DNA of 64,000 bases, taken from NCBI GenBank assembly GCA_010909165.1, contig VJWM01000019.1, positions 930,001 through 994,000 on the forward strand, read 5' to 3'. The notes beneath the pieces are model-generated. The model was not told where the DNA came from, ran no database searches, and was given only the letters and a program-made list of their open reading frames with translations. This DNA comes from Anthoceros angustus (taxonomy: Eukaryota > Plantae > Anthocerotophyta). The first letter of the stretch is position 1, and the number at the start of each line of letters is the position of its first letter. Position numbers and translations under genes: made by a program. Below, in pieces: positions 63,744 to 64,000 of this stretch.

Positions 63744-64000
63744 ATGGCCAGGGAACAGACAGTGCAGGCTCAGGCCCAGGTCGCCGCTCTTGTGCTGGCC
63801 CTGTTGTGCCTCGCCACCGGGGTGGCAGCCAACATCACGTACAAGTCTGAGGAGCCTTACGATCTGGACAAGGGCCGGAAGGGCAATGAGCCCATCACGC
63901 ATTACTACGACTGGAAGGTGCGGAGATCGACCCTGGCCCAGAATGGCTGCCATCTTCCATCTTGCTTGCTTATTATTTCGATAGCTAATGTGTGCAATTT
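63744..64000 (+). CDS. LAC: Laccase exon 1 (partial, duplicate of 56449)
   Basis: ATG at 63744, [32 protein letters not shown] then a GT donor. Confidence 0.8.
   Translation, partial: MAREQTVQAQAQVAALVLALLCLATGVAANITYKSEEPYDLDKGRKGNEPITHYYDWKVRRSTLAQNGCHLPSCLLIISIANVCN

Larger units (their letters stand above)
57328..64000. repeat. ~7.3-kb segmental unit, copy 2 (runs off the window)
   Basis: Near-identical to 50012-56710; differences are mostly 1-3 bp indels. Confidence 0.9.

Overview
Eukaryotic, plant-like DNA (intron-containing plant-type laccases) with many small indels and near-identical local tandem copies, which suggests a noisy long-read assembly. The left 45 kb is a nest of mobile elements. 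A probable CACTA-like non-autonomous element (left end at 568) holds a Ty3/gypsy chromovirus-like LTR retrotransposon (about 1448-44876). The gypsy integrase is split by a 33.3-kb DNA transposon (10171-43485) with 30-bp terminal inverted repeats (TIRs) and a 4-bp CACA target-site duplication (TSD). Removing this insertion restores the integrase frame QSLSSTCHPESDGQTER. The large element carries two Sola-type (DDD) transposase genes that share an intron position, each divergently paired with a ParB/Srx-like (GGNH) gene. One ParB-like gene appears fused to a prokaryote-like beta-class amino (N4-C/N6-A) DNA methyltransferase. The element also has a retro-gag-like ORF ending in a second methyltransferase SAM-binding segment, several orphan ORFs and arrays of GCCGGCATGCCGGC palindromes. 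The right 19 kb is a laccase cluster: one gene, then a ~7.3-kb unit (minus-strand laccase plus a divergent, truncated plus-strand laccase) present twice. All domain calls are by eye from motifs across frameshifts; no searches were run.
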